DNA of 33,245 bases from Fimicolochytrium jonesii (Eukaryota): NCBI RefSeq assembly GCF_025526975.1, contig NW_026515685.1, positions 558,001 through 591,245 of the forward strand, in the 5' to 3' direction. Every line of letters starts with the position of its first letter. Within the stretch, counting starts at the first letter, position 1. A program made the translations under genes and the position numbers. This document shows, one piece after another, positions 1 to 13,633 of this stretch. The notes beneath the pieces are model-generated. The model did not search any database, was not told where the DNA came from, and saw only the letters and a list, made by a program, of their open reading frames with translations.

Positions 1-853
1 CGCGCGTTCCACTTCGAACCCTTCGTCTCGGCGTTGACGGCCGTTGCGCCCTGTGTCTTTGCCCTTGTTGCGCCCGCGCATCAACGGTGTGTACGGGAGT
101 TTGTCACCGGAATCGCGCAGGTCGGCGAGCTTTTTGAAAGTGGGAATGTATTGATTGTTGTGCTGGGCCATGCATTGTTTGATGTAACATGCGGGCACGA
201 CAGGGTAGTCGATTTGCAATTGCTTGTAGCTGAGTGATGAAAGTAAAACTCAACTTCAAAGCCGTCCCTTATCACACGCTCAGCATAACAAATTAAAGGG
301 AGAAACCCAGAACTCACCATGAATCCTGATACATCGCATTCATGCCCCACTCAACAACCTCCAAATAATTCCTCTTCGCAACCCTCTTCGTCGGCCTGTC
401 CCCATCTTCTCCCTCCTCCCGCCCCCTCTTCCCCGCGCCCGGACTCCGCACCCCCGTCTCCCTTCTCCTATACGTTCCATTCGACGCAAACAACTGCTCT
501 ATCACCTCTTGCACGGCGTGATGCCCGCCGCCGTGCGATTGTAGGAGCTCGGAAATATGATCTGGATGGGCGTCGGGGAACATTTCGGTGAGGAGTTCTT
601 CGGGCGTCTGTTCTGGGATGGTGAACGAGGTGGACGGTCCCGGTGCTGCTAATGGCGGTGCCAGGGCGTTATTCCGACAGGTCGCTGAAGAAGACCCAGC
701 GTTTGGTGGGGACGAGGAGACCTCCACCAGTAAGCGGGACGCATCCTCCCATTCTTCGGCATCAAAGACCGGGTGGTTGCCTGTTAGGTCTATTGTATAG
801 GAGGGTGAGCGCGGGAGGTCGAGTGCTGTGGTTGCTGGTGCGGTTGTTTCCAT
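1..853 (-). CDS. 5' part of a probable RNF216/TRIAD3-like RBR E3 ubiquitin ligase with a CUE-like N-terminus; continues beyond the window start
   Basis: ATG at 853 (METTAP...). CUE-like segment EELLTEMFPDAHPDHISELLQ. GT-AG intron 230-317 joins in frame to CYKQLQIDYPVVPACYIKQCMAQHNNQYIPTFKKL, which resembles the region before the RING in this family. The RING/IBR domains are not in the window. Confidence 0.5.
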
Positions 854-1318
854 TTGAATTGTGGAATGCTTTGCGCCTTTGAACAGGGGTGGTGGGAAAC
901 TCTTTCTAGAGGTGAAGGAAAGGAGCAGAAGTTGGGGACTCCGCCCAGGCACAAGAGTATGAAAGAGCCAGCCGTCCCGTCCTGTCCTCGCCTCGCCGTG
1001 CCGTGCCGTATACCGTTAGCTGTCGTCAGAACATGCACTGCACTTTCGTTGAGAAAGGCCAAAGTTGGTTCTCCACGCGGAGGGCACGGAGGTCAAAATG
1101 CAAGCGCATCTTCCTCGTCACGCGTATCGGACAGGATGATGAGGCCGAGAAGATAGATGCCACACAACACAAAGGGATGTTCACTTTCCTTCCTCCTATG
1201 CATGACGGAACCCACTCCCGTTTCATTTCTTCAAGTGGTTTGCCCTTACTCCCATCCATCTCCCAAAGTTATACAACACCGCCCTATGTACAACATCCTC
1301 ACAGTTCCCTTACCACCC

Positions 1319-2538
1319 CTACTCCCTCGGATAAAGCACATCATAATGGCCCGGCCGATATAGCAACACCACCTCCTTCTTTCCCTCCTGCACGTCCAAC
1401 GGCTCCAACGGTTCTATCTCATGGTAATTGACAGTCCCTGACGAATCGGTAAGCGTCGGGTCAAGGTTGGCGATGCGGACGGTGACGCCTAGGGCGGTGG
1501 CGATGGCTACTATGTGGGGTTGGTCGGCTTCGATGTTCACTTTGGGGGGGAATGGGGGTGGTTAGCAGAGCGTGAAGGGGAGGAGAGAGCAGAGGGATGG
1601 GCACTCACTAGGCTCAACTTGAGAGGAGATGAAGAGGTCGAGGGAGGGGTAGCTGTCTAGGATGAAGGCTTCGAAGAGGTCTCGGTTCTAGCAACGGTGC
1701 GATGTGTGATGAGAAAATTTTCCCATCGCTTCTTCCCATGCCGCACCCCACACCGCACCATAACCCACCTTCTTCAAAACAGCAGCAGTGACCAATCTCA
1801 AATAACACACAATCGTATCACTCACATACTCCGTCCGCATCTTCTCCAACAACGTTTCCCCACCCTCCCCACCCTCCGTCTGTCCTCCCTCTTCCCCCAC
1901 CGGCCTTAACACCCCCTCAAAAACCTCCCAAAAATCCTCCAGCAACCCCACATCATACCCGACCTCGCCCAGCACGCCCCTTGTCCCCTCCGCCCGCTTC
2001 ACAACAGCCTTCGCCCAGGGTGTGTCGGAATGTTGATGTAAGAGCTCGCAGAGACGGAAGGAGAAAGCCCGGTAGAAGCAGTTACCGTCGCGTTTTGCGG
2101 TGCGGATGCCTGTGCTGGTTGAGGAGAGGTTGTGGGCTTTGGAGAGGAAGACTGGGGAGAGGGCGTATTCCTACATGAATAGACATACATTAGTATCTGA
2201 TGGGGAATGGACAAGGGAATTTCGGGACGTACGGCTAATAATCCATCAAACCCTGTCACATCGCCAATGAGAGGTGTATCCCCGACCTCGGCGGCTTTGA
2301 TTGCTTTTTCGTATTGAAGGATCTCTTCGTCTGTGGGGCGGTCGTAGGCTGGTGGTGGTGCGTTTGCTGAGGAGGAAAGATGCGTTGGTAGTTGAGGATG
2401 GGTTAGCGGATGCGGATGGGATGGATTCGTCGGTTGGTGGCATTTTGACGGTCCGGAGTGGGTGGGAGCGCTGTCTGCTGGATTTGATGTGGGTGAGAAT
2501 TGAGGTGGATGTTCTCTAGATGCAGAGGTCGATGTCAT
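1319..2538 (-). CDS. Otubain-family OTU deubiquitinase (peptidase C65), multi-exon
   Basis: Catalytic loop RDGNCFYRAF read on the minus strand at about 2063-2092; SDTIVCYLRLVTAA; EADQPHIVAIATALGV; C-terminal His box LLYRPGHYDVLY. Start codon and some exon borders are approximate. Confidence 0.9.
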
Positions 2539-3437
2539 GGGTTGCTGGGAGTGATCTTGGAAGTTGGTCTCGAGGGGCCTTGTTGACGCGTGAAGAAGCC
2601 TCGGCCATTCGAACCTACTCCCCTATTCCCTCCGCCCCTTATCTGCGCTCAACCCCTCTGATCCAAGAACCCCTTCCCCCCACCACAATCAAGGATCAAG
2701 GTTGTATTATATACAAACACAGCATCGAGAAAAGGCGAAAAGAAAATCGAAAGGGAACTGGGCGGAAAGAAACCGGGGTGAAGAAAACTGACAAATGTGA
2801 AACCTTCAAACGGGAACGAAACCGGGAGATTAGAAAAGGGTTGGGATGGTGGGTAGGCGGGGAAACCCTGCGATCGAGTGGCGAGAAACCGCAGGGATGT
2901 CTAAAGTAAGTAAAAAAGATGAGCGGATAACGGTTGCGAGGGGTTATAGGGGAACTTTCTTTCTCTTTCTCGACGGGGAGGGGGATGGTGGGAAGATGAC
3001 GTTTTCTTTGTAATGCCGCTTCGCTCGTTTCGTGGTGGGTTGAGTGTGGGTAGATTGGTCTGTGTGGGATTGGTGGTAGGGAAGGTAGGTCGCGATGCGG
3101 TGTAGAATCAAGTCTCAGATCACGGGGGTTTTCGACCCCATAATCCGTCGCTGGATAGGTTGGCGTACTTTTGTTGGTTTAAGATGTCTTTTTGTGTATG
3201 TTGTTTTTTTCGCCCACGCCTCCCAAGACCTCCAGCAATCGATCTCGATCCCCTCATTCCCCTCCTCCAAACTCTTCCATCCAAGCCCCACCCTCCAATC
3301 CAGCCCACGATATCGAGTGAGGTGGTGTCGAAAAAAAGCGCGCGGACGGTGATTGCGATTGTTGTCAAGCGAGAAAAGAGAAGTTCGAGTCGGCGGTAGT
3401 AGTAGTGGTGTAGTTATTGATTGGGTGTGAGAGTTCT

Positions 3438-4213
<776 letters not shown>

Positions 4214-5847
4214 GGTTTTTGTGTTTTTCCCGGTTTGTTGGTCACTCAAGGGGCGGTCGATAGCTTTTTTGGTCTGGAAATGCACGTGAACGGTAAAGTG
4301 AGCACTTCGTCAGAAAAGGCTTGAAATAGTTTGAAAGTGAAAGTCGGGTGTTTGGCGTGAGAGAATGCGATTCAAACGAATGCGGATGTCGGTCTAGCGA
4401 CCCGTCACAGCGGCCGCTCCACACACGCGCCAAGGCGTTTCCTTCCCTCATGATAGTCCCTGCACTCGGTGTTTCCACGCAACAACAGCAATCCCCGAAA
4501 ATATCACGGGAGGAGGGTTTGCATACCCAACCGTGCGCGATAGTCCGATTCGAAAACGCTAATCCCCGCCAAGTTTGGTGTTTGGCGTTTCCCACGGCCG
4601 ACAAGGAGACACTCACCGGATAATTGACAAGATGAGGGGGGCAAGTGACAGCGCTCTCTCTTTGGCGGGTGCTGATGGAATTAAAGCCCGTATATTCTCT
4701 ACACTCACAGACGGTGGCAGTAACGACCAAATTCTGCAAAAAAAAACAGGTCTCAGGTTAAAGACAGGGACGCGCGGGACCAGCGGCAGTTGTTAAAGTG
4801 GGCGTTTTCACCTATTGAGATATTGGTTCCAGACTGTAGGTGCTTCTGTGAAGGTGTTTTATCCGACCAGCGGCTAGACTCCGGGAGAAAAGGTGATTTG
4901 CGGGGTCTGAAGTGTCTGTGATTTGATAGCCGATGTCTGTCTCTGGTTCCTCTTCAGCGGGCGACGGACGGAGAGAGAGCTTCCTGAGAGGCGTTCTTTT
5001 TGGTCGCGTAACGCCGCAAATCGATTTAGAGCGGCCGCATATGCTGCAGCATTCATTAAGGAGGCTAATCACGGAAGTCGCCCATTCTCCCCCATTGATT
5101 TAGCGCCGTGATCAGAACGCCCATTTTGGACAGCTGCGTCATGGCGTCCTGTTGATAAGAATTGCGAGGCCATGGCGTAAGCAACTCAGCGTGTTCTCCT
5201 GTTGGAGTGGAAGACAGACCGGTTAGGGTTACAGCATCCCCCTGGTATGGCACGTAAATTTGTTCCTTGCCAGTGCTGTCTATCAGGGCTCCCAAAAACC
5301 GCATCACCGCAGTCCTTTCCTGAATCATCGTCTTGCTTCCTCTCAGCATCCGAGACATCAAGTCAGCCTGAAAAGACCTGCATCTTCTCTCGCAAAAAAC
5401 AACGCTATAGGTAAGAGTGTGCGACGCGCAAACGTCCTCAGTTTGGGCGACAGATCATATCCATCTCGCCTTGTCCTTCTTTCCCACGCTCCCGCCACTC
5501 ACATATCAACAACCCTGAAAACGCTAGCTCTAAACGGAGGGTCTCTACTTTTGGAACCACCTGTAGTACAGAAACACCATGAGCCGAGGATCGAGCTGTA
5601 AGTCGTGTCTTCGCTGCCAGCTGGGAATTCTAGTTACGTAGAGGTGGATAGTCCTAACCTGCGAATTTACGCTCGCTCTCAGCCGCCTACGATAGGCATA
5701 TCACTGTCTTCTCCCCTGAGGGATGACTATACCAAGTCGGTAGGTTGGACGATTAAGGTTTTGTGAGTCTCGTACATTTCTGTACAACACGGCCTGAGGT
5801 GAAGATCCATTTTACTAATAAATCAATATCAAAAGCACAAGTCTACT

Positions 5848-8800
5848 CTACACTCGCTTGGGCCCAGGAGCCGATTCAGCAGATCCAGAGGCAGGCGGTG
5901 CCTTCGATTTCGCCGCTAGTCTCCACTTGGCGCCATTGATCATGACTGTAACGACGAGACCAGCTGCCACCCAGGCGATGATGGAAACTGTGAGGAAGGA
6001 TTTCCAATAGCCAACTTCATCTACAAAAGGTTCAATGACAGCTGACCCGACGGCTGCTGCTGGATTGCGGAAGAGACTGTTCAGAGCCACGACTCCCGCG
6101 GCGGATCCGGGAAAGCTATCGATGAGATAGGTCGTGTTGCAGGAGAAGGTCCATGTAAGACCAAAGACACCTATGATCCGAGCAAGAGGACGAGAGCTCG
6201 TCAGTAAACGGCCATGGTTCTCGTCCCCGAGAAGCCATGATAGGGAAATGTACTTACTTATAAACATGGTCAAGAAAAGCACGGCAACATGCCAACGGAA
6301 CGAAGCTGCGAATCCAAACAGGAGTACGCCGAAAGGGAAAAGCACGAGGCCTACCCATTGGCAGCGCACCCGCGTCTCCGGAACAGGTTGACCTTCGGAT
6401 CTCTTGAGGGCGGCTTTTACCGTGCGATCCGCGTAACGGCCCGCGACATTGGATCCCAAAATGAAACCCAATCCGACAGGAATGTAGGAAAGACCCACTT
6501 GCGCCTCGTTATATCCGTACTCGTTCTGGAGGATGACAGGGATAGAGACATTGAAGCAGTAAAACGATCCTAATTCGAGAGAGGAATGCTTGCGATCAGA
6601 AACCCCGTGGTTGGATGAAAACGTCCGATGAGGATTGCGCCACCTACCGAATAAAATGGCAATGTAACTGAGACACAGTACAATGGAAGTGAACCTAAGG
6701 AACTTGAGAGGGGCCAAAGGGTTGTAACGAGCCCTGGACGGATCCCAAGGCTTCATGAGCGGGGCGGGAACAACGATCCACCCTCGTTCCGCGTACGCCT
6801 TCCCGTTCCCAGCCCTAGCTCGGAGCGTCTCTGGCAGAAAGAAAAATATAGCCACCCAGAGGGCGACGCCCAGACCCGCAAGGAACCAAAAGATGGCCTT
6901 CCATCCGGCATAGCGCGCCAAGAAACCCCCAATCAGCGGCCCGATCAACGGTCCGAGTTGAGGCCCCAAAAGAAAGATCCCCATGGCCTGACCACGCTCG
7001 GTGGGCTTGAAAAGATCCACGAGCGTACCCCCTCCAAGGGACTGCACTGATGCGGCACCGGTGGCTTGCAAGAGGCGGAACACGATCAGGTACGCGTACG
7101 AGTTTGTGAACGCAAGTGCGATACTTCCGGCCACGTAGACTGCGAATGAAATGAGATAGACGGCACGGCGACCTGTTCGATCGGCAAGTGATCCCCATCC
7201 CAGCGGCTGTGAAAAGACAAGTTGTACGAAGATGCTCAGATCGGATGCATGAATGAGGTTGATAAACATGGAGAAATGGGGCCGCACGTACCGCGACAGC
7301 GAACATCAACATGAAAATGGAAACGCTGATGTTGATCATCGAGGCGCTGGCATTTAAACTTTGCCCAATGGGTACCATCGCTGGCAACTTGAAACATGGC
7401 GTCAGTGAGTAAAGTGGCCAAGCGGTCAGGCACTTTCACCGCTAATGACCCCTTACATAGATGTTTCCTGCAAGTGGTCCAAGAGCCCCTGCCAACGCCA
7501 CGAGAGCCAACAGACAGTAGCGTCGAGTAGGGGAATATGCACAATAGGGCTCGACGGCTGTTGTTGTCGACGGCGTAGGAGGTCTAGGCCGAGGGGCGGG
7601 CGGTTTTTCATCCTTGAGGGGCACGATATCTGCCTTCACACTGCTAATATGCACGGTAGCTTCTGATATGGACTGCCCCATCGGCGCAAGGGTCTGGGGA
7701 ATGTTGGCTTCGGTTGCGACGTCTGCGGCGTCCCTGAAGATCTCGGTTGCTGTGGAAGGTTCAACCGTGGGTGTAGCGTCTTGTATCGACGACAAGCTGT
7801 CAATCAGCAAGTGGCTAGGTCTTCCATCATCGTAATGAACAACTTGCGGCTCCTCCCCATTGGCGTATCGGGTAGCTTCCGCCCTGGCCATAATGGCGCA
7901 ACGCCCTTGGCGGTCCATCACAACAACATTGTGCCAAGGGGTCGGGATGTGCAAGCTCGTGCTGCCTTCGAAGGCAGGGATGAACGCGTCTTTCGCCAAG
8001 AAGCTACGATGAATAAGCCTCACCCCGAATTTGGGGCCCTCACACGAATGCCCGTGAACGGAGATGCGGAGATGCAATGGGAACAACAGCTCTACCAAAG
8101 CGGAGTAAGCTTGATTGCGGATCATCATCTCGAACGCGATCTTGGTGCAGAGCTTCTTCTGGGCGCTCTTGGAAGGGAGGGCTTGCATTTCAGGCATGTG
8201 ACGCAAATCATCGAGCAAAAAGCGAGAGAAGGCGCGGTACAGCGCCGTCGTAACATGGTCGCTCGCAATGTCCTTGCGCAGGATCGAGCGAGAACTGCCG
8301 GCAAGGACGCATAGGAGTCGACGCGTCTCGTCCGCGATGGGGTTGGTGTCGGCTTGGAGGTGGTGTTCCACTGAGACGGCATACTGCGACGGAAGCTCTG
8401 ATTCGATTCTTGACGCGGACTCCATTACGGAGCGATCCGGGGCGTTGGAATCGGGGAAAGTCATGTCTCTGAGATCGAAGAAGCTGAATAATTCCGGGCG
8501 GCCTGTGGATTGCACGACTTGGGATCTCAGCGTTGCACCGTATTCGTTGACGTTGGCATCAGGTACACCGACTGAGCAAGACAGGATATCAGTCACAATG
8601 GTGATGGGACATTGCACTCAATAACCTTCGGCCACTTACTCAAGTCACTGAACACATGGCCGTCTGACACAATGACAAACTTGGCGCCAGGCGCGTATAC
8701 TTCTCGGATAAGATCTCCGATCGTTACCATCGAAGCGAGAGCAAGCTCTTCCCCTTTGTCAGGGAGATGCCCGAGAACTTTGTCGGCGGCGTTGGGGGAC

Positions 8801-9432
8801 TTGCAAGGGAACCCGGGAAGCATGAATGGAAGTGCCAGATTGCGTTCGATGAAGAAGGCGAGCTTCCTGCCAAAGTGCTCTCGACCCCTGGGATCCCACA
8901 TGTCGATGATGGGCTTGTACCGAAACTCCGAGTCAAAAATGTTCAGAACGGCGTCGACGGTGATTTTGGACTCGGCCGCCGCGGCTTGGAGGCACCATGG
9001 CACCACATGACTTTTGGTGAGCAGGATCCGCGCCAGATACTCCAGAACTGCCGGTTCGCTTTGATCGAGACGGAACAGCGCCGCGCCTTGCACCACGCGG
9101 GAATCAGAGCCATCTCCTGCAGCTCGTTCAAAGATGATCACGGTTTTGGTTTCCGGCGATGTCGGTGAAGCAAGGTCAACCTGATAGGTGTTGATCGCGC
9201 CGTTCTTGCCCAGCGTTTGTCGCCTTCCGATCGAAGCAGCCTCTGCAGAGTGCGGCTCAAGCAGCATCGAGAGGTTCTCTACTTTTCGGGATCCGGCGTC
9301 GTAGGAATAAGCTGCAAAGTGATTTAGGATGCCGAACTCGTCGCAGACATAGCAGAAGGCGACGGCATTGGTAGGGGCGCGATTCTCGGGGTCCGAAGGA
9401 AGCGCAAGAATGGCTTGGTACGGTTCGTTCAT
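5848..9432 (-). CDS. Fusion gene: Dit1/PvcA-family isocyanide synthase (N-terminal) plus DHA1-type MFS transporter (Dtr1-like, C-terminal)
   Basis: Synthase motifs LPGFPCKSPN, LGHLPDKGEELAL, SDGHVFSDL|IGV (intron 8572-8639), RISVH and HIPTPWHN. The same frame continues without a stop into LLALVALAGALGPLAGNIY, then intron 7388-7456 to LPAMVPIGQSL, intron 7207-7291 to PLGWGSLADRTGRR, then ERGQAMGIF...GPLIGPLIGGFL and WKAIFWFL. Two further introns are likely near 6570-6647 and 6170-6260. Stop at 5848. Confidence 0.88.
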
Positions 9433-10173
9433 GTCGCCTTCTTCGTTCTTCTCGTAGATCGCAGCGTACGAAGCTGGATGTATGTAGGAGAGAGATTGTC
9501 CAGCGCAATCAAGGGGAAGAATGATGTAGACAGGAGAGGATGAGGAGGAGGAGACAGCCGGATGTCAAAGAATCGCCTTCTTTTATCGGAGAGACCGGCA
9601 TATTGCTTTACTGTCGTCCGAATAAATTCTGAACGGTCAACAATGAACTTACAGGAGAGTAGCATGGGCAGGAAAGAAGAGAGACCTTGGTCGTCGATCC
9701 TCTTGCGGCTTTTGTGGACGTTAGCGTAATGCGACATCGTGAAAAACTTCAATCAAGAGCCTCTACGTTGGCTCAGACAGTTGAAATGTGGTGGAAGAGG
9801 AAGAAGGCAGGAAAAAGTGCGGGCGGCGATTATACAACTCGAGTGAACAAGCTACTCTCGGAGAGCGCACGGAGAAGCCAGTCGGGCCAGCATTCCCGTC
9901 CAGTCCCCAGCAGGATCTCTGCCACAGGCCTACAGATTTTGGGATGGGGATCGGGGCCACCGTCAAATTGCCTCTCGCTGTGCACAAGGCTGCCGCTGTG
10001 CAATGAGCCACAAGGACACTTTCATGGGGATTATGTACAACAAAAAAAGCGCCCGTCGTCACGGAGTTGGATGGCCAAACGGCCGCGGCATCGCTTGAGG
10101 CAGTTGTGAAAGCAATTGTTTCTGCGGCTCAATCAAGTCCTCGGCAGCAATCTTGCTTGATATGAGTGAGTCC

Positions 10174-10403
10174 ACGCGTGCATCCGAACGCGTGCAATAT
10201 GCCAACATGCGGGATTTCTGCCCAATCAGAAAGTTCTGTGTTTATGAGACGCCATGAGGATGATGAGGCCCCTCATGCCAACTTGCGTTGATTGACCCCA
10301 CATGCGGCATTTCTGCCCAATCAGAAAGTTCTGGACGAGGCGTGTGCGCATTTCGTGGAATGTGTTGTGGCCCCAAACCCAAAACTAAAACGCGTCGACG
10401 CGT
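10174..10403. promoter_or_regulatory. Motif cluster in the divergent intergenic region: four ACGCGT sites and a duplicated 34-bp CCAAT-containing element
   Basis: ACGCGT at 10174, 10188, 10390 and 10398. ACATGCGG(G/C)ATTTCTGCCCAATCAGAAAGTTCTG at 10205-10238 and 10300-10333. Regulatory function is inferred from position only. Confidence 0.45.
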
Positions 10404-10816
10404 GCGGTACACTTACATATGTACACTCCAATACATGAGGCTGCTCACACAGTCATTGCTGGTCGCTCTCCTCTTTTCTTTCCCTCCCCACCGACAGGTT
10501 GCAAAAACAAACGGAACTCTTTCTCCGTTGTACCCACCGCGGCGTGTCGACTGCTCATGCGATGTACAAATTGCAATACAAAAGGGAATTGCGAAATGTA
10601 ACCAAGCGCCAAGCATGGCCCCATGGCCCCGCCGCAGTGCCGCCTCCCAACCAGGCCGCAATTCAGCAATCTGGAAGCAGGATCTCCACCATCCCGTTGA
10701 TGCCCTCTTCGGAATTGCGCAAGTCGGCGACGCTTTAAAGGTCAGTCGACTCTCGACCGCTTCCGCAAAAACACCGCATCTCAAAGCGTTCAGTCAAGCC
10801 CACCCCAAGTGTCAAA

Positions 10817-12904
10817 ATGGAACACTCCGCCGGCGTCGAGGAAGGAGGTGAACAGCGATACCGGGTAGAGAAAGGAGATTCTGCAACCGTCGTAGAAGTT
10901 CATGAGGTGAAGGCTTCCGACACTCGCATCTTCCTCATTGTTGCCATGTAGGTTTGAGAAGGGTGCGGCACACATATTGCGGCTCCTTTATCGTCCATCA
11001 ACGGATTTCATGCCCTCCATCTTGTTAACCGCCCGCCATTTCCCTGCCATTACACAGCGTCACCCTATCCTATGTCATCGTCAACCTCGATGGTTCCTCA
11101 GCGGCCCTCTCAACGATCGGCAAGGCGTTGAACGCTTCGGCGCTCCAACTAGCCTGGGTCTACAATGCCTTCACTCTGCTCTCCACTCCGCTGATTCCCT
11201 TGTGGAGTAAGCTGGCGGACGCTTTCGGCCAGAGGAACATTGTTCTCTTCGGTTTGATTACCTTCCTTGCCGGATCCGCCGGCGCGGGCGCTGCGTCCAG
11301 CATGGCTGTACTCGGCATCTTCCGTGGTGTGCAAGGCCTCGGAAACTCGGCCATCGTTGCCATGTCCCTCGTCATTTTCACTGGTAAGATGCAGATCAAG
11401 ACGCTGTTTGTTTTCTTTTCTCAGAAACGTAGAAAGATTGACTTCATGGCTTTACGACACAGAGTATTACCCGATCCATAAGCGCGGCTTCGCATTCAAC
11501 ATTATCGGTGCCGCCATGGGTTTCACTATGGTAGGAAGGATTCGCATCAAAGCGCAGATGCTGTAACACTTTTCTCACATCTATTGGTTGATAGATCCTC
11601 GGCCCCATCGTGGGCGGATCTATTACCGACAATGCTTCCATGGGATGGCGCTGGAGCTATTGGATTCTTCTGCCACTCACCGGCCTGCTGTTCCCGCTTC
11701 CTGCCATTGTGTCCGGCAAGGCGGACGGAGCAAATTACAAACCCCTCAAGAACATGGACTACCTCGGCTTCATTACACTGGTTGGCACTACCGCATGCAT
11801 CTTGCTTGCCCTTGCATGGGGTGGTAAACAGTACAACTGGGCCTCCGGCCAAATCATTGGCCTCTTCGTCGCTGGAGGAGTCTTCGCTGCCTTGTTCATT
11901 CTCGTAAGTCTCGATAGTCGCAGGATTAGCGGGCGCAGCTGGTGTCTCATACCCGCTCCATCATAGGTTGAGATATTCGTCGCCAAAGAACCCGTTTTCC
12001 CGCCTTACATGTTCCGATCGCTCAACAACAACGCCGTCTTTGGTAAGAGCGGTGCTCCCACGTAGCTCTCGTACCAACAGAATGATTCCTAAAGCCTAAT
12101 ACGCTTCTTCCATTTGTTAGTCATGAACTTTTTCCAAGGTGGTGCGGCAATGGCTTTCATGATGTTTGGACCGATGTATTATAAAGGGGACCTTAAAGAT
12201 ACAGCTCTTCAATCCGCCGTGGACGTCACCCTGGCCATCAACCTCGCCTGGATGGTTTTCGGTATCATCTCCTCTCAGCTCCTCCGCTACGTGCCGGCGA
12301 ACATTCTGGTCATCATCGGGACGGGCTTGACGACGATCGGCACTGGCTTGTTTTCTCTCGCCATTTCTCAAGGGGTGCCTAGCAAGGGCGTTGCCGCCAT
12401 CTACCTCATCATCTTTGGTGCGGGCCAAGGTCTGTCAACCCAGAACTCGTTCCTCATTGCCCAGGCCCACTTGGAGAAAAAGCAAGACTCCAAGTTGATG
12501 TCCAACATTCCCGTCTATTTCCATCGTGTTGGGGGAAGTATCCTCGTTGCGATTTTGTCCGCTATTTACAGTCACGAGAATTCCGCCGCTGCCGCTGCCG
12601 CAATGCCGTCCGGTAGCGGAAACATGGTGAGTCCTCGCTGCATCAGTTACTTTCCTTCCTCCCATTGTAAACCATTGACCGTCTTTCCCACTTTATAAAG
12701 GCCAGCACGGGTATGGACATGGGCGGCGGTTCAACCTCCAACTCCACGATGCCGGCAAGCGGTTCCGCTATGCGCATGGGCAACTCGCGGCCCGGAACAA
12801 CAGCCGCCTTCCGGTGGGCCATTCTGTTCGCTGGGCTCTCCTTCTTGGCGTCCTTTGCTCTCAAGAAGACCTGGATTATCGCTGGCACACGCATGTCCCA
12901 CTAG
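10817..12904 (+). CDS. DHA2-type (14-TMS drug:H+ antiporter-like) MFS transporter, multi-exon
   Basis: Probable ATG at 10817 with a first intron joining in frame to VTLSYVIVNLD...; WVYNAFTLLSTPLIPLWSKLADAFGQR; FRGVQGLG; GGSITDNASMGWRWSYWI; DYLG...LALAWGGKQYNWASG; stop at 12902-12904. Confidence 0.85.
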
Positions 12905-13633
12905 CGCTTTTGCGAGAAAAGTTTCTTTGTCTCATACATACGGAGTAGTGCGATAAAATGCGGAGAAGCAATTATATAAACAGAGGTCATTCTCGTAAAC
13001 TCTTGCATCGTCTGTCATTTTGCATACAATGCGCATCATTCTGTGTCAAAATGGGCAAGGAACGGGTGAAGAGCCTCACATTGAGGGTTTTAACTATAAA
13101 AATAAACTTAAAGGCTTTCTGCATTTATTAGCGCGACATCTGCACGCACTGCATAGAATCGCAGTTCTTTTTCCCATCTAGATTTCAGCTTGCTTGGACC
13201 GCATGTTACCAAGCTACAACCGCAATTGGAAGGGCAGCCCGGAGCCCTCGGAGCCCACGACGGCCCGTACGACAGGAAAGCAATGGCAACAACTCCGCCA
13301 AATTTTGAAGCCCTCTATACTATACGGCCGCGGGAAGTGCAGTGCGGAGCGCAATAACTGCACGTCGGGATGTTGGTGCCCTTTCCAAACGAGCGGCTCT
13401 CAGCAACGGAAGAGGGTACTACACGATCCTCTGCACTGTCACTTATAAACTGAGCTGGCGACTACTACGTACCTAGAGGCGCCCGACAAAGTCCCTTAGC
13501 GGAAAAGTCCACCCATCACATGTAGCGGCTTGCTACCGGGGAGCTTGACATAGTATCTGGAACCTGCAGCAAAACAAGGAAGTAGAGAGACAATATCCTG
13601 GTCATATGAGACACAGATATCAGCAGCTCAACA

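Noticed and set aside
4740..5700. Short ORFs between CDC42 and the cluster (e.g. 5065-5361)
   Set aside because: No recognisable motifs or convincing exon chain; possibly a decayed gene, but unsupported.
9710..9716. Ndt80 middle-sporulation element core (CACAAAA) upstream of the Dit1-like gene
   Set aside because: A single 7-mer is expected by chance in a region this size.
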